Source of the DNA: Escherichia phage vB_Eco_OMNI12
Length of the DNA stretch: 64,000 nucleotides
Reading direction: 5' to 3' (one strand)
Sequence record: OL362041.1
The notes under the pieces were generated by a model, which was given only the letters and a program-made list of their open reading frames with translations, had not been told where the DNA came from and did no database searches. Positions 1 to 10,055 of this stretch are shown one piece after another (position 1 is the first letter of the stretch; each line of letters begins with the position of its first letter). A program made the translations under genes and the position numbers.

Positions 1-825
1 AATGAAATGGGCTTCCGTATCGATAAGCAAGTTATCGAAGCTAAATCTCGTCAGCTGAAAGCTGCTTACTCTATTGAATTAGCACAAGACCTCCGCGCTG
101 TTCACGGTATGGATGCTGATGCTGAACTGTCTGGTATTCTGGCTACCGAAATCATGCTGGAAATCAACCGTGAAGTTGTTGATTGGATTAACTACTCCGC
201 ACAGGTTGGTAAATCTGGTATGACCCTGACTCCGGGTTCTAAAGCTGGTGTATTTGACTTCCAGGATCCGATTGATATTCGTGGTGCTCGCTGGGCGGGT
301 GAATCCTTTAAAGCTCTGTTGTTCCAGATTGACAAAGAAGCAGTTGAAATTGCTCGTCAGACCGGTCGTGGTGAAGGTAACTTCATTATCGCTTCCCGTA
401 ACGTAGTTAACGTTCTGGCTTCAGTTGATACCGGCATTTCTTATGCTGCACAGGGTCTGGCTACCGGCTTTAACACTGATACTACCAAGTCAGTATTTGC
501 TGGTGTTCTGGGTGGTAAATACCGCGTATATATCGACCAGTATGCTAAACAAGATTATTTCACTGTAGGTTATAAAGGTCCGAACGAAATGGATGCTGGT
601 ATTTACTATGCTCCATATGTAGCTCTGACTCCGCTGCGTGGTTCCGATCCGAAGAACTTCCAACCAGTAATGGGATTCAAAACTCGTTACGGTATCGGTA
701 TCAACCCATTTGCAGAATCCGCTGCTCAGGCTCCGGCTTCTCGCATCCAGAGCGGTATGCCTTCTATCCTGAACAGCCTTGGTAAAAACGCTTACTTCCG
801 CCGTGTATATGTTAAAGGTATCTAA
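1..825 (+). CDS. gp23: Major capsid protein gp23, C-terminal part (5' end outside window)
   Basis: Open frame runs from position 1; paralogous to the downstream gp24 ORF (shared ELAQDL...LATE motif); followed by hairpin terminator and late promoter as in T4. Confidence 0.88.
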   Translation, partial: NEMGFRIDKQVIEAKSRQLKAAYSIELAQDLRAVHGMDADAELSGILATEIMLEINREVVDWINYSAQVGKSGMTLTPGSKAGVFDFQDPIDIRGARWAGESFKALLFQIDKEAVEIARQTGRGEGNFIIASRNVVNVLASVDTGISYAAQGLATGFNTDTTKSVFAGVLGGKYRVYIDQYAKQDYFTVGYKGPNEMDAGIYYAPYVALTPLRGSDPKNFQPVMGFKTRYGIGINPFAESAAQAPASRIQSGMPSILNSLGKNAYFRRVYVKGI

Positions 826-840
826 TCTTTGACGATTTAA

Positions 841-869
841 GGGACCTTCGGGTCCCTTTAGTTGTTTTT
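841..869 (+). terminator. Rho-independent terminator after gene 23
   Basis: GGGACC-TTCG-GGTCCC hairpin followed by TTTAGTTGTTTTT. Confidence 0.7.
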
Positions 870-873
870 ATGG

Positions 874-881
874 TATAAATA
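874..881 (+). promoter_or_regulatory. Late promoter (TATAAATA) for gene 24
   Basis: Exact TATAAATA about 28 nt upstream of the gene 24 start. Confidence 0.6.
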
Positions 882-908
882 AATCATATAAACCAAAAGG
901 AAAGCGCA

Positions 909-2192
909 ATGGCTAAAATCAACGAACTTCTGCGCGAATCAACCACAACGAATAGCAACTCAATCGGTCGCCCAAATCTCGTTGCTTTGACTCGCGCTAC
1001 CACTAAATTAATATATTCTGACATTGTAGCAACGCAAAGAACTAATCAACCTGTTGCTGCTTTTTATGGTATCAAATACCTTAACCCAGACAATGAATTT
1101 ACATTTAAAACTGGTGCTACTTATGCTGGCGAAGCTGGATATGTAGACCGAGAACAAATCACAGAATTAACAGAAGAGTCTAAATTAACTCTCAATAAGG
1201 GCGATTTATTCAAATATAATAATATCGTTTATAAAGTATTAGAAGATACACCATTTGCTGATATTGAAGAAAGCGATTTAGAATTAGCTCTTCAGATTGC
1301 AATTGTTCTTTTAAAGGTTCGTCTATTTTCTGACGCAGCGTCAACAAGCAAATTTGAAAGCTCTGATAGTGAAATTGCGGATGCTAGATTCCAGATTAAT
1401 AAATGGCAAACCGCAGTTAAATCTCGTAAACTTAAAACTGGTATCACAGTTGAATTAGCACAAGATTTAGAAGCAAATGGATTCGATGCTCCTAATTTCT
1501 TGGAAGATTTGCTTGCAACTGAAATGGCAGATGAAATCAATAAAGATATTCTGCAGTCTTTGATTACAGTGTCAAAACGCTATAAAGTTACAGGAATTAC
1601 TGATACTGGATTCATCGATTTGAGTTATGCATCTGCACCTGAAGCTGGTCGTTCATTATACCGAATGGTATGTGAAATGGTTTCGCATATCCAAAAAGAA
1701 TCAACTTATACAGCAACGTTCTGTGTTGCTTCAGCTCGTGCTGCTGCGATTCTTGCTGCATCAGGTTGGTTAAAACATAAACCAGAAGATGATAAATATC
1801 TTTCACAAAATGCCTATGGGTTCTTAGCTAATGGTTTACCGCTTTATTGCGATACTAACAGCCCATTAGATTATGTAATCGTTGGCGTAGTAGAAAATAT
1901 CGGTGAAAAAGAAATTGTTGGATCAATTTTCTATGCTCCGTATACAGAAGGTCTTGACTTAGATGACCCTGAACATGTAGGTGCATTTAAAGTTGTAGTT
2001 GATCCAGAAAGTTTGCAGCCATCTATCGGTTTATTAGTTAGATATGCTTTATCTGCAAATCCTTACACCGTAGCAAAAGATGAAAAAGAAGCAAGAGTAA
2101 TTGATGGTGGAGACATGGATAAAATGGCGGGTCGTTCAGATTTGTCTGTTTTATTAGGTGTTAAATTACCAAAAATTATCGTTGATGAATAA
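909..2192 (+). CDS. gp24: Head vertex protein gp24
   Basis: 427 aa, capsid-protein paralog of gp23, position immediately after gene 23. Confidence 0.9.
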   Translation: MAKINELLRESTTTNSNSIGRPNLVALTRATTKLIYSDIVATQRTNQPVAAFYGIKYLNPDNEFTFKTGATYAGEAGYVDREQITELTEESKLTLNKGDLFKYNNIVYKVLEDTPFADIEESDLELALQIAIVLLKVRLFSDAASTSKFESSDSEIADARFQINKWQTAVKSRKLKTGITVELAQDLEANGFDAPNFLEDLLATEMADEINKDILQSLITVSKRYKVTGITDTGFIDLSYASAPEAGRSLYRMVCEMVSHIQKESTYTATFCVASARAAAILAASGWLKHKPEDDKYLSQNAYGFLANGLPLYCDTNSPLDYVIVGVVENIGEKEIVGSIFYAPYTEGLDLDDPEHVGAFKVVVDPESLQPSIGLLVRYALSANPYTVAKDEKEARVIDGGDMDKMAGRSDLSVLLGVKLPKIIVDE

Positions 2193-2196
2193 AACA

Positions 2197-2214
2197 AAGG
2201 GACCAAAAGGTCCC
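2197..2214. terminator. Bidirectional hairpin between convergent genes 24 and rnlB
   Basis: AGGGACC-AAAA-GGTCCCT, A-run upstream and T-run downstream. Confidence 0.6.
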
Positions 2215-2221
2215 TTTTTAT

Positions 2222-3226
2222 TTAACTTACCAATTCAATCCAAGCCGGACGAAGTACATCTTGTACCATTTTAACTAATTCCTTCTTAATCAAAGAAGGA
2301 TTATCCGCTTGAGCTAAAGTAATACCTTCACGAGAAGTTTCTTCCAAAATATCTTGAACAGTTAGTCCCATCACCTTTCCAAAATCCTTCGGACCAATTT
2401 CACCAATTTTAGAAATAACGTTATTTACTCGGTTCAGTGTAACGTAACAAGCTAAAATTCCAACCAATTTGTTATCAGCTTCTGACAGTTCAACTTTAGC
2501 TTTAATAGGCTTATCAGACTTTTTCTTTTCACTAAATTTAGAGTTCTTGCATTTGATAGCTACGCGATTGCCATTAGGCATCCAAGAAGGATAACAAGGT
2601 TTCAATACATATCCTTCAGCGGTAAATACTTCGCCTTTTACTTCAGCATTCCAAACGCATTTATTTGCATCAACTAATCCAGCATGGTCTACCGTAAAAT
2701 TATAATCCTGGACGACAGAATCTAAATCATTTGGCAATTTAATAAGTTCTTCAAATTTACCACGACCTAAAAGTGGAGCCATTTTAAATTTAAATGTATT
2801 ACAGAATGATTCCATCATATAATCATCGACATAAGTCACATCACCACTTTCGGTAGTAACAATAATGTCAAATACATAAAAATCTTTATCACCATAATCG
2901 ACATTCTTCTGAATGCCAGGTCCAGCGAATTCGCCAAAGACTTGATAAGATACAACCGCTGAAGTTTCCATAATATCTTGTACTGCTTTAATAGAATCAG
3001 CGTAATTCTTCAAAATAATTTCATACCCAAAGAAATCTTCAGCAGGAAGAATAGGACCAGTGCGTTTAGCGCAAGTTACTTTATCACGCTCAATAATCAA
3101 TGAGAAATTTGTGCCGTGAATCTTTTCACGAGCTACCCACTCCCCACCAGTCAATCCCAAGCTATAAAGTTTTTCAATAAATTTAGAGTTGTAATGATTT
3201 TCAAGACTGCTATACTTTTTAAACAT
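2222..3226 (-). CDS. rnlB: RNA ligase 2
   Basis: 334 aa; N-terminal nucleotidyltransferase motif KIHGTN; T4 Rnl2 size and position. Confidence 0.85.
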   Translation of the reverse strand: MFKKYSSLENHYNSKFIEKLYSLGLTGGEWVAREKIHGTNFSLIIERDKVTCAKRTGPILPAEDFFGYEIILKNYADSIKAVQDIMETSAVVSYQVFGEFAGPGIQKNVDYGDKDFYVFDIIVTTESGDVTYVDDYMMESFCNTFKFKMAPLLGRGKFEELIKLPNDLDSVVQDYNFTVDHAGLVDANKCVWNAEVKGEVFTAEGYVLKPCYPSWMPNGNRVAIKCKNSKFSEKKKSDKPIKAKVELSEADNKLVGILACYVTLNRVNNVISKIGEIGPKDFGKVMGLTVQDILEETSREGITLAQADNPSLIKKELVKMVQDVLRPAWIELVS

Positions 3227-3235
3227 AATTAATCC

Positions 3236-3514
3236 TCAAAATGTAATTTCTAACCAATCACCATCACGCTGATCACTATTGACTTTAAAGCTAAATCCTT
3301 CTTTTCTCAGCCAATCACCAATTTCTTCAGTAATCAATTTATCGCGAGCAGTACAATAATAACTAAAATATGTTTTACCTTGTTCAGCTGCTTTATTAGC
3401 AAGTTCCGAAAAATCTTTAATAAAACACTCTAGCTTAAACTGTTTACTTTTAAGTGCTTTTTCGCGTAATCGATTAGCAAAAGATTCATTTTCATAAAGA
3501 TCATACTGTTCCAT
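3236..3514 (-). CDS. Hypothetical protein (T4 24.2 position)
   Basis: 92 aa ORF, tight packing with neighbours. Confidence 0.55.
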   Translation of the reverse strand: MEQYDLYENESFANRLREKALKSKQFKLECFIKDFSELANKAAEQGKTYFSYYCTARDKLITEEIGDWLRKEGFSFKVNSDQRDGDWLEITF

Positions 3515-3517
3515 TTT

Positions 3518-3715
3518 TCACCTTTTATTAATATGTCTTTTTCTATAGACAACTTTTTCTCGAGTTTCAAATTTATTCTTAGCAGTCATAGCTCGAGCCC
3601 ATAATACAGCCACTTCTTTCGCCTGTAAGTTTAATTCACGAGCAATTTCAATGAATGACTTTCCAGACTCATGAAGAGTAAACACCACAACCTCAGTTCT
3701 CATAATCAATCTCAT
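3518..3715 (-). CDS. Hypothetical protein (T4 24.3 position)
   Basis: 65 aa ORF. Confidence 0.5.
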   Translation of the reverse strand: MRLIMRTEVVVFTLHESGKSFIEIARELNLQAKEVAVLWARAMTAKNKFETREKVVYRKRHINKR

Positions 3716-3784
3716 GTTATCGAGTTGATGCCATTATATACATCATTTTCTGAGTATGTTTTGTGTGCTTTCAAAATGAAGAAA

Positions 3785-3798
3785 GGGGCCGAAGCCCC
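3785..3798 (-). terminator. Hairpin downstream of hoc
   Basis: GGGGC-TTCG-GCCCC on the - strand followed by TTTCTT. Confidence 0.45.
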
Positions 3799-3810
3799 TT
3801 ATGATTATGA

Positions 3811-5517
3811 TTATGGATAGGTATAGATGATACCAGTTTCTAAAGCAGTTTTATGAATGATGTATCCATTGCGTGATTCTTGAACATCAACTTCTGGATA
3901 GTCTTTAATCATCTTCTGAAGAGTGTAACGATGCAGGTAGTATTTACTATCTGGGTCGTCAGTTTTCCAATCTTTACCTTCTTCGGTCATTTTTTGGATT
4001 TCATCCATAACCCACCAACCGCACCAGATATAAGCTGAAGTACGATGTGGAAGAGGATGAACATAAGGCAATTCACCTTCTGGTTCTGGAGCAACTTTAT
4101 CAGTTACCTGAACTTGACCTTCTGCTGTAATAGTTTTGCTATCGTAATCAGTTGCAGTAACGACAGCAGTAACTTCAATAGTTTGACTTCCAACAGATGA
4201 GGTATCGACAGTATATACGTTAGTTGACCCTTCTACAGGAGAAGAATCTTTCTTCCATGAGTAAGTAATTTGTGCTTCTTCTGGAGCACCCGTAACATTA
4301 GCCGTAAATGTAGCCGAAGCATCTTGCTGAACGTTAATAGAAGGAGGAGTCAATGTAACCTGTGGATTCATTGTTTTCTTATTAACAGTCAATGATACTT
4401 CATTAGAAGTAACTTCCTTTTCATTGTAATTTTCTGCAGTTACTTGCGCTACACACTTAACTGTTTTAGCTCCAACTGTGGTAGGAGTATAGTTAAATGT
4501 AGTAGTAGTTTCTCCATCGACCAGAGAACCGTCAACATACCACTGATACGTAGCAGACGCTCCTGGTGGCTGTGAATCCAAGGCAGCAGTAAATTGAACT
4601 GGGGTTCCAATTACTCCGGCAGCAGGATTAGCAGGAGTTACGGCTAACGTAGTTGTCTGTGTCTTCTTATTAACTGTTAATGATACTTCATTAGAAGTAA
4701 CGCTTAGTGCATCATAATCTGTTGCTGTTACTTGCGCTACGCATTTAATTCTTTTTACTCCACTTGTAGTTGGAGTATAGCTAAATGTAGCAGAAGTCGC
4801 TTCACCAATTTGAGAATCATCTACATACCACTGATACGTAGCAGATGCCCCATCAGGTTGAGAAGCTAAGGCAGCAGTAAATTCAACGGCTGTTCCAATC
4901 ACTCCAGCTGGAGGACTATCAGGAGTTACTGCCAAGGTAGTCGTCTGCGTCTTTTTATTAACAGTCAATGATACTTCATTAGAAGTAACGCTTAGTGCAT
5001 CATAATCTGCCGCAGTTACTTGAGCTACACACTTGATTTTTTTAACTCCGCTTGTGTCAGGAGTGTAATTGAATGTAGCGTCAGTTGCTTCGTCTACAGG
5101 AGAACCGTCAACGTGCCATTGATACGTAGCGTTTGCACCTGATGGCTGTGAAGCTAAGGCAGCGGTAAATTCAATTGGAGTTCCAATCACTCCAGCATCA
5201 GGGCTACCAGGAGTTACTGCCAAAGTAGTTGTTTGTGTCTTATTTTGAACTGTGATAGTTGTACTAATTTCAGCTGTTTCAGGTTCAGATTCTGCAACTT
5301 GATTGGTTGCAACTACTTTAATAGTCTTTTGACCGGCAGGTCCTTTTAGTACATAACTAAAAGTTGCTGACGTTTCTTCCTGTGGAGCGTCGTCTACAGT
5401 CCAAGCATATGTAATAGGTCCATCTCCAGTTTGACCACTGGGTGTAGCAGTAAACTGCTTAGTTTCATCAATAACCCCTGTCGGTGTTTTAGGAGTTATA
5501 TCAACTGTAAAAGTCAT
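3811..5517 (-). CDS. hoc: Hoc outer capsid decoration protein, expanded (568 aa) with extra Ig-like domains
   Basis: Ser/Thr-rich Ig-like repeats plus C-terminal capsid-binding region; position after 24.x as in T4. Confidence 0.85.
   Translation of the reverse strand: MTFTVDITPKTPTGVIDETKQFTATPSGQTGDGPITYAWTVDDAPQEETSATFSYVLKGPAGQKTIKVVATNQVAESEPETAEISTTITVQNKTQTTTLAVTPGSPDAGVIGTPIEFTAALASQPSGANATYQWHVDGSPVDEATDATFNYTPDTSGVKKIKCVAQVTAADYDALSVTSNEVSLTVNKKTQTTTLAVTPDSPPAGVIGTAVEFTAALASQPDGASATYQWYVDDSQIGEATSATFSYTPTTSGVKRIKCVAQVTATDYDALSVTSNEVSLTVNKKTQTTTLAVTPANPAAGVIGTPVQFTAALDSQPPGASATYQWYVDGSLVDGETTTTFNYTPTTVGAKTVKCVAQVTAENYNEKEVTSNEVSLTVNKKTMNPQVTLTPPSINVQQDASATFTANVTGAPEEAQITYSWKKDSSPVEGSTNVYTVDTSSVGSQTIEVTAVVTATDYDSKTITAEGQVQVTDKVAPEPEGELPYVHPLPHRTSAYIWCGWWVMDEIQKMTEEGKDWKTDDPDSKYYLHRYTLQKMIKDYPEVDVQESRNGYIIHKTALETGIIYTYP
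4381..5244 (-). repeat. Three tandem ~288 bp coding repeats (Ig-like domain triplication) inside hoc
   Basis: Protein repeat KKTQTTTLAVTP...SNEVSLTVN occurs three times at about 90 percent identity; DNA repeats visible near 4372, 4660 and 4940. Confidence 0.85.
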
Positions 5518-5526
5518 AAGTTATCC

Positions 5527-6207
5527 TTATTTTAATGTTACGAAAGAAGAGTTGCGTGTTTCACGAATTAGAACTGATCCGTCACGGTTAATGTAATAAA
5601 TTAAGCTAAATAAAGTTTGGTGTGCTGACGCATGTTCAAAACTAGTTGGGTGAGATTTCCAATCAGGAGTTTCAGCAATCCATTGATAAATCCACCAAGG
5701 AACAGTACAGAATCCTGGATTTTTTCCAATCAACTGAAGATTCGGGCTAAAGTTTTCCGGAAGAGTAAATACAGACTGCTTTTCAGATTCAATAATCTCA
5801 GCTACAGCCTGTTCAAATTTTTCTTCAACAAATGGAGTATCTTCAATCAAAACATCGGTATTTTCAGGAATTTTATCTGTTTCTACTACTTCAATTTTAA
5901 TGTCAGATTTAACCGGAGAATCAATCAAAAGTGCTGCTTCTGGATTGACTTCTTCATCGTCATATTTTAACCCCTCTGCAGCATCAGCAGCATCAATTAA
6001 GTCTTTAATAGATAACCCATCAGTCTCCGGCATAGGTTCACTAGCGAGCTTCTGGAGAGCTTCTTCAATATCATTAACGATATTATCAAAAGATTTATTC
6101 TTTTTGACCTTTATACCAAACTGTTCAGCATATTCAGCTAATTTAGCTTTAGCTTCTTTATTATCATCAAGAGCCTTCAGCTCTGCAATATAATCTTTAT
6201 CTATCAT
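5527..6207 (-). CDS. inh: Acidic protein at T4 inh position (putative prohead protease inhibitor)
   Basis: 226 aa, highly acidic, located between hoc and uvsW. Confidence 0.5.
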   Translation of the reverse strand: MIDKDYIAELKALDDNKEAKAKLAEYAEQFGIKVKKNKSFDNIVNDIEEALQKLASEPMPETDGLSIKDLIDAADAAEGLKYDDEEVNPEAALLIDSPVKSDIKIEVVETDKIPENTDVLIEDTPFVEEKFEQAVAEIIESEKQSVFTLPENFSPNLQLIGKNPGFCTVPWWIYQWIAETPDWKSHPTSFEHASAHQTLFSLIYYINRDGSVLIRETRNSSFVTLK

Positions 6208-6220
6208 AATATTTCCTCAG

Positions 6221-6228
6221 TATAAATA
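6221..6228 (+). promoter_or_regulatory. Late promoter (TATAAATA) upstream of uvsW
   Basis: Exact TATAAATA about 30 nt before the uvsW start. Confidence 0.6.
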
Positions 6229-6257
6229 TAGATATATTTATTACATGGTATTTAGAC

Positions 6258-7769
6258 ATGACTGACATTAAAGTACATTTTTATGATTTTAGTCACGTGA
6301 GAATTGATTGCGAAGAAAGTACATTTCATGAACTCCGTGATTTCTTTAGCTTTGAAGCTGATGGGTATCGTTTTAATCCGAAGTACAAATATGGCCACTG
6401 GGATGGACGAATTCGTCTTTTAGATTATAATCGCCTTCTTCCATTCGGTTTAGTCGGGCAAATTAAAAAGTTCTGCGATAACTTTGGCTATAAAGCCTGG
6501 ATTGACCCACAGATTAACGAAAAAGAAGAATTATCAAGAAAAGATTTTGATGAATGGCTTTCTAAATTAGAAATCTATTCAGGAAATAAAAGAATTGAAC
6601 CGCATTGGTATCAAAAAGATGCAGTGTTCGAAGGATTAGTTAATCGTCGTAGAATTCTTAATCTTCCAACATCCGCTGGTAAATCGTTAATTCAAGCTTT
6701 GCTTGCGCGATATTATTTGGAAAATTATGAAGGTAAAATTCTTATCATTGTTCCAACAACTGCTCTAACAACTCAGATGGCTGATGACTTCGTTGACTAT
6801 CGTTTATTCAGTCATGCAATGATAAAGAAAATTGGTGGCGGAGCATCAAAAGATGATAAATATAAAAATGATGCACCGGTCGTTGTTGGTACATGGCAAA
6901 CTGTAGTAAAACAACCGAAAGAATGGTTCTCACAGTTTGGAATGATGATGAATGATGAATGCCATCTTGCTACAGGAAAAAGTATTTCATCTATCATATC
7001 AGGTTTAAATAACTGCATGTTCAAATTTGGTCTATCTGGTTCATTACGTGATGGCAAAGCCAATATCATGCAGTATGTTGGAATGTTTGGTGAAATATTT
7101 AAGCCAGTAACGACTTCTAAATTAATGGAAGATGGACAAGTAACTGAGTTAAAAATTAATAGTATTTTTCTTCGCTATCCCGATGAGTTCACTACTAAAT
7201 TAAAGGGAAAAACTTACCAAGAAGAAATAAAAATTATTACTGGGCTTAGTAAAAGAAATAAATGGATCGCTAAATTAGCTATTAAGCTTGCACAAAAAGA
7301 TGAAAACGCTTTTGTCATGTTTAAACACGTATCGCACGGTAAAGCTATTTTCGATTTAATTAAAAATGAATACGATAAAGTTTATTACGTATCAGGGGAA
7401 GTTGATACCGAAACCCGCAATATAATGAAAACCTTAGCTGAAAACGGTAAAGGAATAATTATAGTAGCTAGTTATGGTGTATTTTCTACTGGTATTTCAG
7501 TTAAAAATCTGCATCACGTTGTTTTAGCACACGGTGTTAAATCTAAAATTATTGTATTGCAAACAATAGGTCGCGTATTACGTAAACATGGTTCTAAAAC
7601 AATCGCAACAGTCTGGGACCTCATAGATGACTGTGGTGTCAAGCCAAAATCTGCTAATACTAAAAAGAAATATGTTCACTTGAACTATCTTTTAAAACAC
7701 GGCATTGATCGTATTCAGCGCTACGCAGATGAAAAATTTAATTACGTAATGAAAACAGTTAATTTATAA
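6258..7769 (+). CDS. uvsW: UvsW DNA helicase
   Basis: 503 aa; Walker A (PTSAGKS) and DECH box (MMNDECHLATGKS) helicase motifs. Confidence 0.9.
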   Translation: MTDIKVHFYDFSHVRIDCEESTFHELRDFFSFEADGYRFNPKYKYGHWDGRIRLLDYNRLLPFGLVGQIKKFCDNFGYKAWIDPQINEKEELSRKDFDEWLSKLEIYSGNKRIEPHWYQKDAVFEGLVNRRRILNLPTSAGKSLIQALLARYYLENYEGKILIIVPTTALTTQMADDFVDYRLFSHAMIKKIGGGASKDDKYKNDAPVVVGTWQTVVKQPKEWFSQFGMMMNDECHLATGKSISSIISGLNNCMFKFGLSGSLRDGKANIMQYVGMFGEIFKPVTTSKLMEDGQVTELKINSIFLRYPDEFTTKLKGKTYQEEIKIITGLSKRNKWIAKLAIKLAQKDENAFVMFKHVSHGKAIFDLIKNEYDKVYYVSGEVDTETRNIMKTLAENGKGIIIVASYGVFSTGISVKNLHHVVLAHGVKSKIIVLQTIGRVLRKHGSKTIATVWDLIDDCGVKPKSANTKKKYVHLNYLLKHGIDRIQRYADEKFNYVMKTVNL

Positions 7770-7794
7770 GGGCTTCGGCCCTTTGGAGAAAAAG

Positions 7795-8025
7795 ATGTTA
7801 CTAGAATTTAAACAATTTCTTTATGAAGCTTCTATTGATGAATTTATGGGTAAAATTGCCTCTTGTCAAACATTAGAAGGTTTAGAAGAACTTGAAGCTT
7901 ATTATAAGAAAAGAGTTAAAGAAACTGAATTAAAAGATACTGATGACATCTCAGTCAGAGATGCTTTGGCAGGAAAAAGAGCTGAATTAGAAGATTCAGA
8001 CGATGAAGTAGAAGAAAGCTTTTAA
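7795..8025 (+). CDS. Small acidic protein (UvsW.1-like)
   Basis: ATG at 7795 preceded by GGAG; ORF-track start at 7783 is a TTG. Confidence 0.55.
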   Translation: MLLEFKQFLYEASIDEFMGKIASCQTLEGLEELEAYYKKRVKETELKDTDDISVRDALAGKRAELEDSDDEVEESF

Positions 8026-8080
8026 ATTAAAAAAGGCCCAACCAAAAAGGAAGGGCCAAAACTATAGACTAAAGGTCACA

Positions 8081-8248
8081 CTATAGCAAAAGTTGCGTTT
8101 CATTTAATTGTTCTTCCGAACTTTCTGAAACTGGTAGTTCTTTAATGTAATTATAGCAAGGCCCAGGATGTACAGGACCTTTGTCTGTTTCAACAACCAA
8201 TGCAGAATCGATTGGAGTTTTACAGACAACACAAATCTTATCTGACAT
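8081..8248 (-). CDS. Small Cys-containing protein (55 aa), below ORF-track threshold
   Basis: ATG at 8248 preceded by GAGGAG; translation MSDKICVVCKTP...HPGPCYNY suggests a zinc-ribbon-like CxxC...C. Confidence 0.4.
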   Translation of the reverse strand: MSDKICVVCKTPIDSALVVETDKGPVHPGPCYNYIKELPVSESSEEQLNETQLLL

Positions 8249-8276
8249 GATTGTCTCCTCTGAATTATATATCTAT

Positions 8277-8501
8277 TTATACAACTCTCATATGCATATC
8301 AATGCCCATATCTTTAGAATAAAAATATTCATCAAGATATCCGGCAAATTTTCCTTTAATATAAAGAACATCTTCACCGCACGGGTGGTCGGCCAGGATA
8401 CGAATATCCTGACGCTTAAGATTATGCTTTTTCATTAAGAATTGAATTTCCGTTTCAAATTCTTCTTCATAATTAAAAGCATCATCAATGTTATATCTCA
8501 T
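8277..8501 (-). CDS. Hypothetical protein (uvsY.-2 position)
   Basis: 74 aa ORF abutting uvsY. Confidence 0.55.
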   Translation of the reverse strand: MRYNIDDAFNYEEEFETEIQFLMKKHNLKRQDIRILADHPCGEDVLYIKGKFAGYLDEYFYSKDMGIDMHMRVV

Positions 8502-8914
8502 TATTTTCCAGCCTCAAATGCTCGCATGTCTTGAATATGCTTAATAGCAAATCCACGTGATTTAATAGCATCAAGAGCTCCGCTACAGAAATCTAATAAA
8601 ATCCCCCAATACTGTAACGAGGTATCAACCTTTAAAACATCCTTATCAGCTGATAGAACTGTCTTCATTTCTGATTTCTCGTAACGATCCATACTAAATT
8701 CATCACCATCTCCTCGTCCCGAGTAGTAGTCTAATTTAGCTTTAAGAGCAACTTTTTTCTGTGCATCAATTCTAAGCATTTCCTTTTTAATACTTGAATG
8801 CTTATTAAGCCATTTACTATATAACATCACATTATTAGCTGCTTCATACTGTAATTTAGTCGAATCTATAAACACATCTTTCTTCAATTCTTCTTGAAGA
8901 TCTTCTAATCTCAT
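8501..8914 (-). CDS. uvsY: UvsY recombination mediator
   Basis: 137 aa, size and position as in T4. Confidence 0.85.
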   Translation of the reverse strand: MRLEDLQEELKKDVFIDSTKLQYEAANNVMLYSKWLNKHSSIKKEMLRIDAQKKVALKAKLDYYSGRGDGDEFSMDRYEKSEMKTVLSADKDVLKVDTSLQYWGILLDFCSGALDAIKSRGFAIKHIQDMRAFEAGK

Positions 8915-8954
8915 ATTGTTCTCTATTCAATTGTTATTGGATGGACTTAGATTC

Positions 8955-8981
8955 ATTATACCACGTTTATACGTGAAGCAT
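8955..8981 (-). promoter_or_regulatory. Middle (MotA-dependent) promoter for uvsY
   Basis: On the - strand a MotA box ATGCTTCA, 13 nt spacer, then TATAAT. Confidence 0.45.
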
Positions 8982-9379
8982 TATACTCTATTACTGGAAG
9001 CCAGTTGTAGTTTTATCTGCTCAATATCATCAGGGTTATCGATGACTGAAAAGCGTATTTCTACTATCAAAGTATAATCATCATAAACCGGTATTACATT
9101 AACTGCTAATTTATCAATACGTGGCTCATAGTTTCTTACTGCGCTTTCGATATTACGCTCAACCGTGTCAGCAGTAAGAGGAGTCATATTCTCAAAAAGT
9201 TGGTCAGATAAATCGCATCCAAATTCAGGGTCAAACGGTCTTGAACCTTTTCTTGTTGTAATAATTCCTAAAAGACTATTTTTAATTGACCTTAATCCAA
9301 GTGATCTTGAAACGTCTTTGTTCCAATCCATTTTCATCTCTGGGTCAATATCAGAATAAAGCTTATTAATATTTGCCAT
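8981..9379 (-). CDS. gp25: Baseplate wedge protein gp25
   Basis: 132 aa, gp25/GPW family. Confidence 0.9.
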   Translation of the reverse strand: MANINKLYSDIDPEMKMDWNKDVSRSLGLRSIKNSLLGIITTRKGSRPFDPEFGCDLSDQLFENMTPLTADTVERNIESAVRNYEPRIDKLAVNVIPVYDDYTLIVEIRFSVIDNPDDIEQIKLQLASSNRV

Positions 9380-10005
9380 TACAATAGCTCAAAGAATTCT
9401 TTGAGTCCTCTTATTACATGAGCGTGAGTTTTTCCACACTCTGGACATTTAATTGGAACAGCCAAATAAACAGTAGGCTTTAAAAGCATATCTTTTATAG
9501 CTACAATATCTGACTCTGTGATGATAGAATATAAATCTTCTAGTTCCTTTTCATTTAAGTCTTCAACTGGAATGCTTTCCCCGTTAGCATGAATCGTTTC
9601 TATACATGATACTATCATGTGGGCTATATTTTTATCATCAAAAATTTTAGGGTATCGGAATTTAATTTTAATGTCACCCAGTGTATACCAAAGGTCTTCT
9701 GGTGCATCTATTTGTGTATGTAATAGATTTATATGGGTTGGTATTTCAGTTCCGCAGGTGCACTTCCAGGAGTTTTCGTGATTAACTTCTCCAAGAGAAT
9801 GCGCCCATAAATGAATCAACAATAGTTCTGATTCTTGGCGATTTAAATCTTTTGCATTTGTGCAGTCTTTGATTAGCTTTTTAACAATTACTTCTACAGA
9901 ACCATTATTTTTGGCAGTAATAAGTTCTAGATATTCTTTAAGAGTAAATGCGCGACAGTTGATTATTTTAGAACCAACTCTCACATCAAATTTGTATTCA
10001 TACAT
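9379..10005 (-). CDS. gp26: Baseplate hub protein gp26
   Basis: 208 aa, position between 25 and 51. Confidence 0.8.
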   Translation of the reverse strand: MYEYKFDVRVGSKIINCRAFTLKEYLELITAKNNGSVEVIVKKLIKDCTNAKDLNRQESELLLIHLWAHSLGEVNHENSWKCTCGTEIPTHINLLHTQIDAPEDLWYTLGDIKIKFRYPKIFDDKNIAHMIVSCIETIHANGESIPVEDLNEKELEDLYSIITESDIVAIKDMLLKPTVYLAVPIKCPECGKTHAHVIRGLKEFFELL

Positions 10006-10030
10006 ATTTAGCTCCTTTATTTATCATATT

Positions 10031-10038
10031 TATAAATA
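10031..10038 (+). promoter_or_regulatory. Late promoter (TATAAATA) in divergent 26/51 intergenic region
   Basis: TATAAATA on + strand 18 nt before gene 51; near-palindromic so a - strand copy also reads TATAAATA toward gene 26. Confidence 0.6.
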
Positions 10039-10055
10039 GAATAAAAGGAGCATCT

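Noticed and set aside
1292-1806. Antisense ORFs (82 and 64 aa) inside gene 24
   Set aside because: Fully embedded antisense to a highly expressed structural gene, with no promoter or Shine-Dalgarno
4381-5244. Tandem ~288 bp repeats, considered as a possible CRISPR or satellite array
   Set aside because: Repeats are in frame within hoc and encode Ig-like domains; there are no short direct repeats with unique spacers
5632-6193. + strand ORFs (112 and 97 aa) inside the inh-like gene
   Set aside because: Antisense, low-complexity translations typical of AT-rich shadow frames
8181-8438. 85 aa + strand ORF overlapping uvsY.-2
   Set aside because: Antisense overlap with a - strand gene that has proper start context; hydrophobic low-complexity translation
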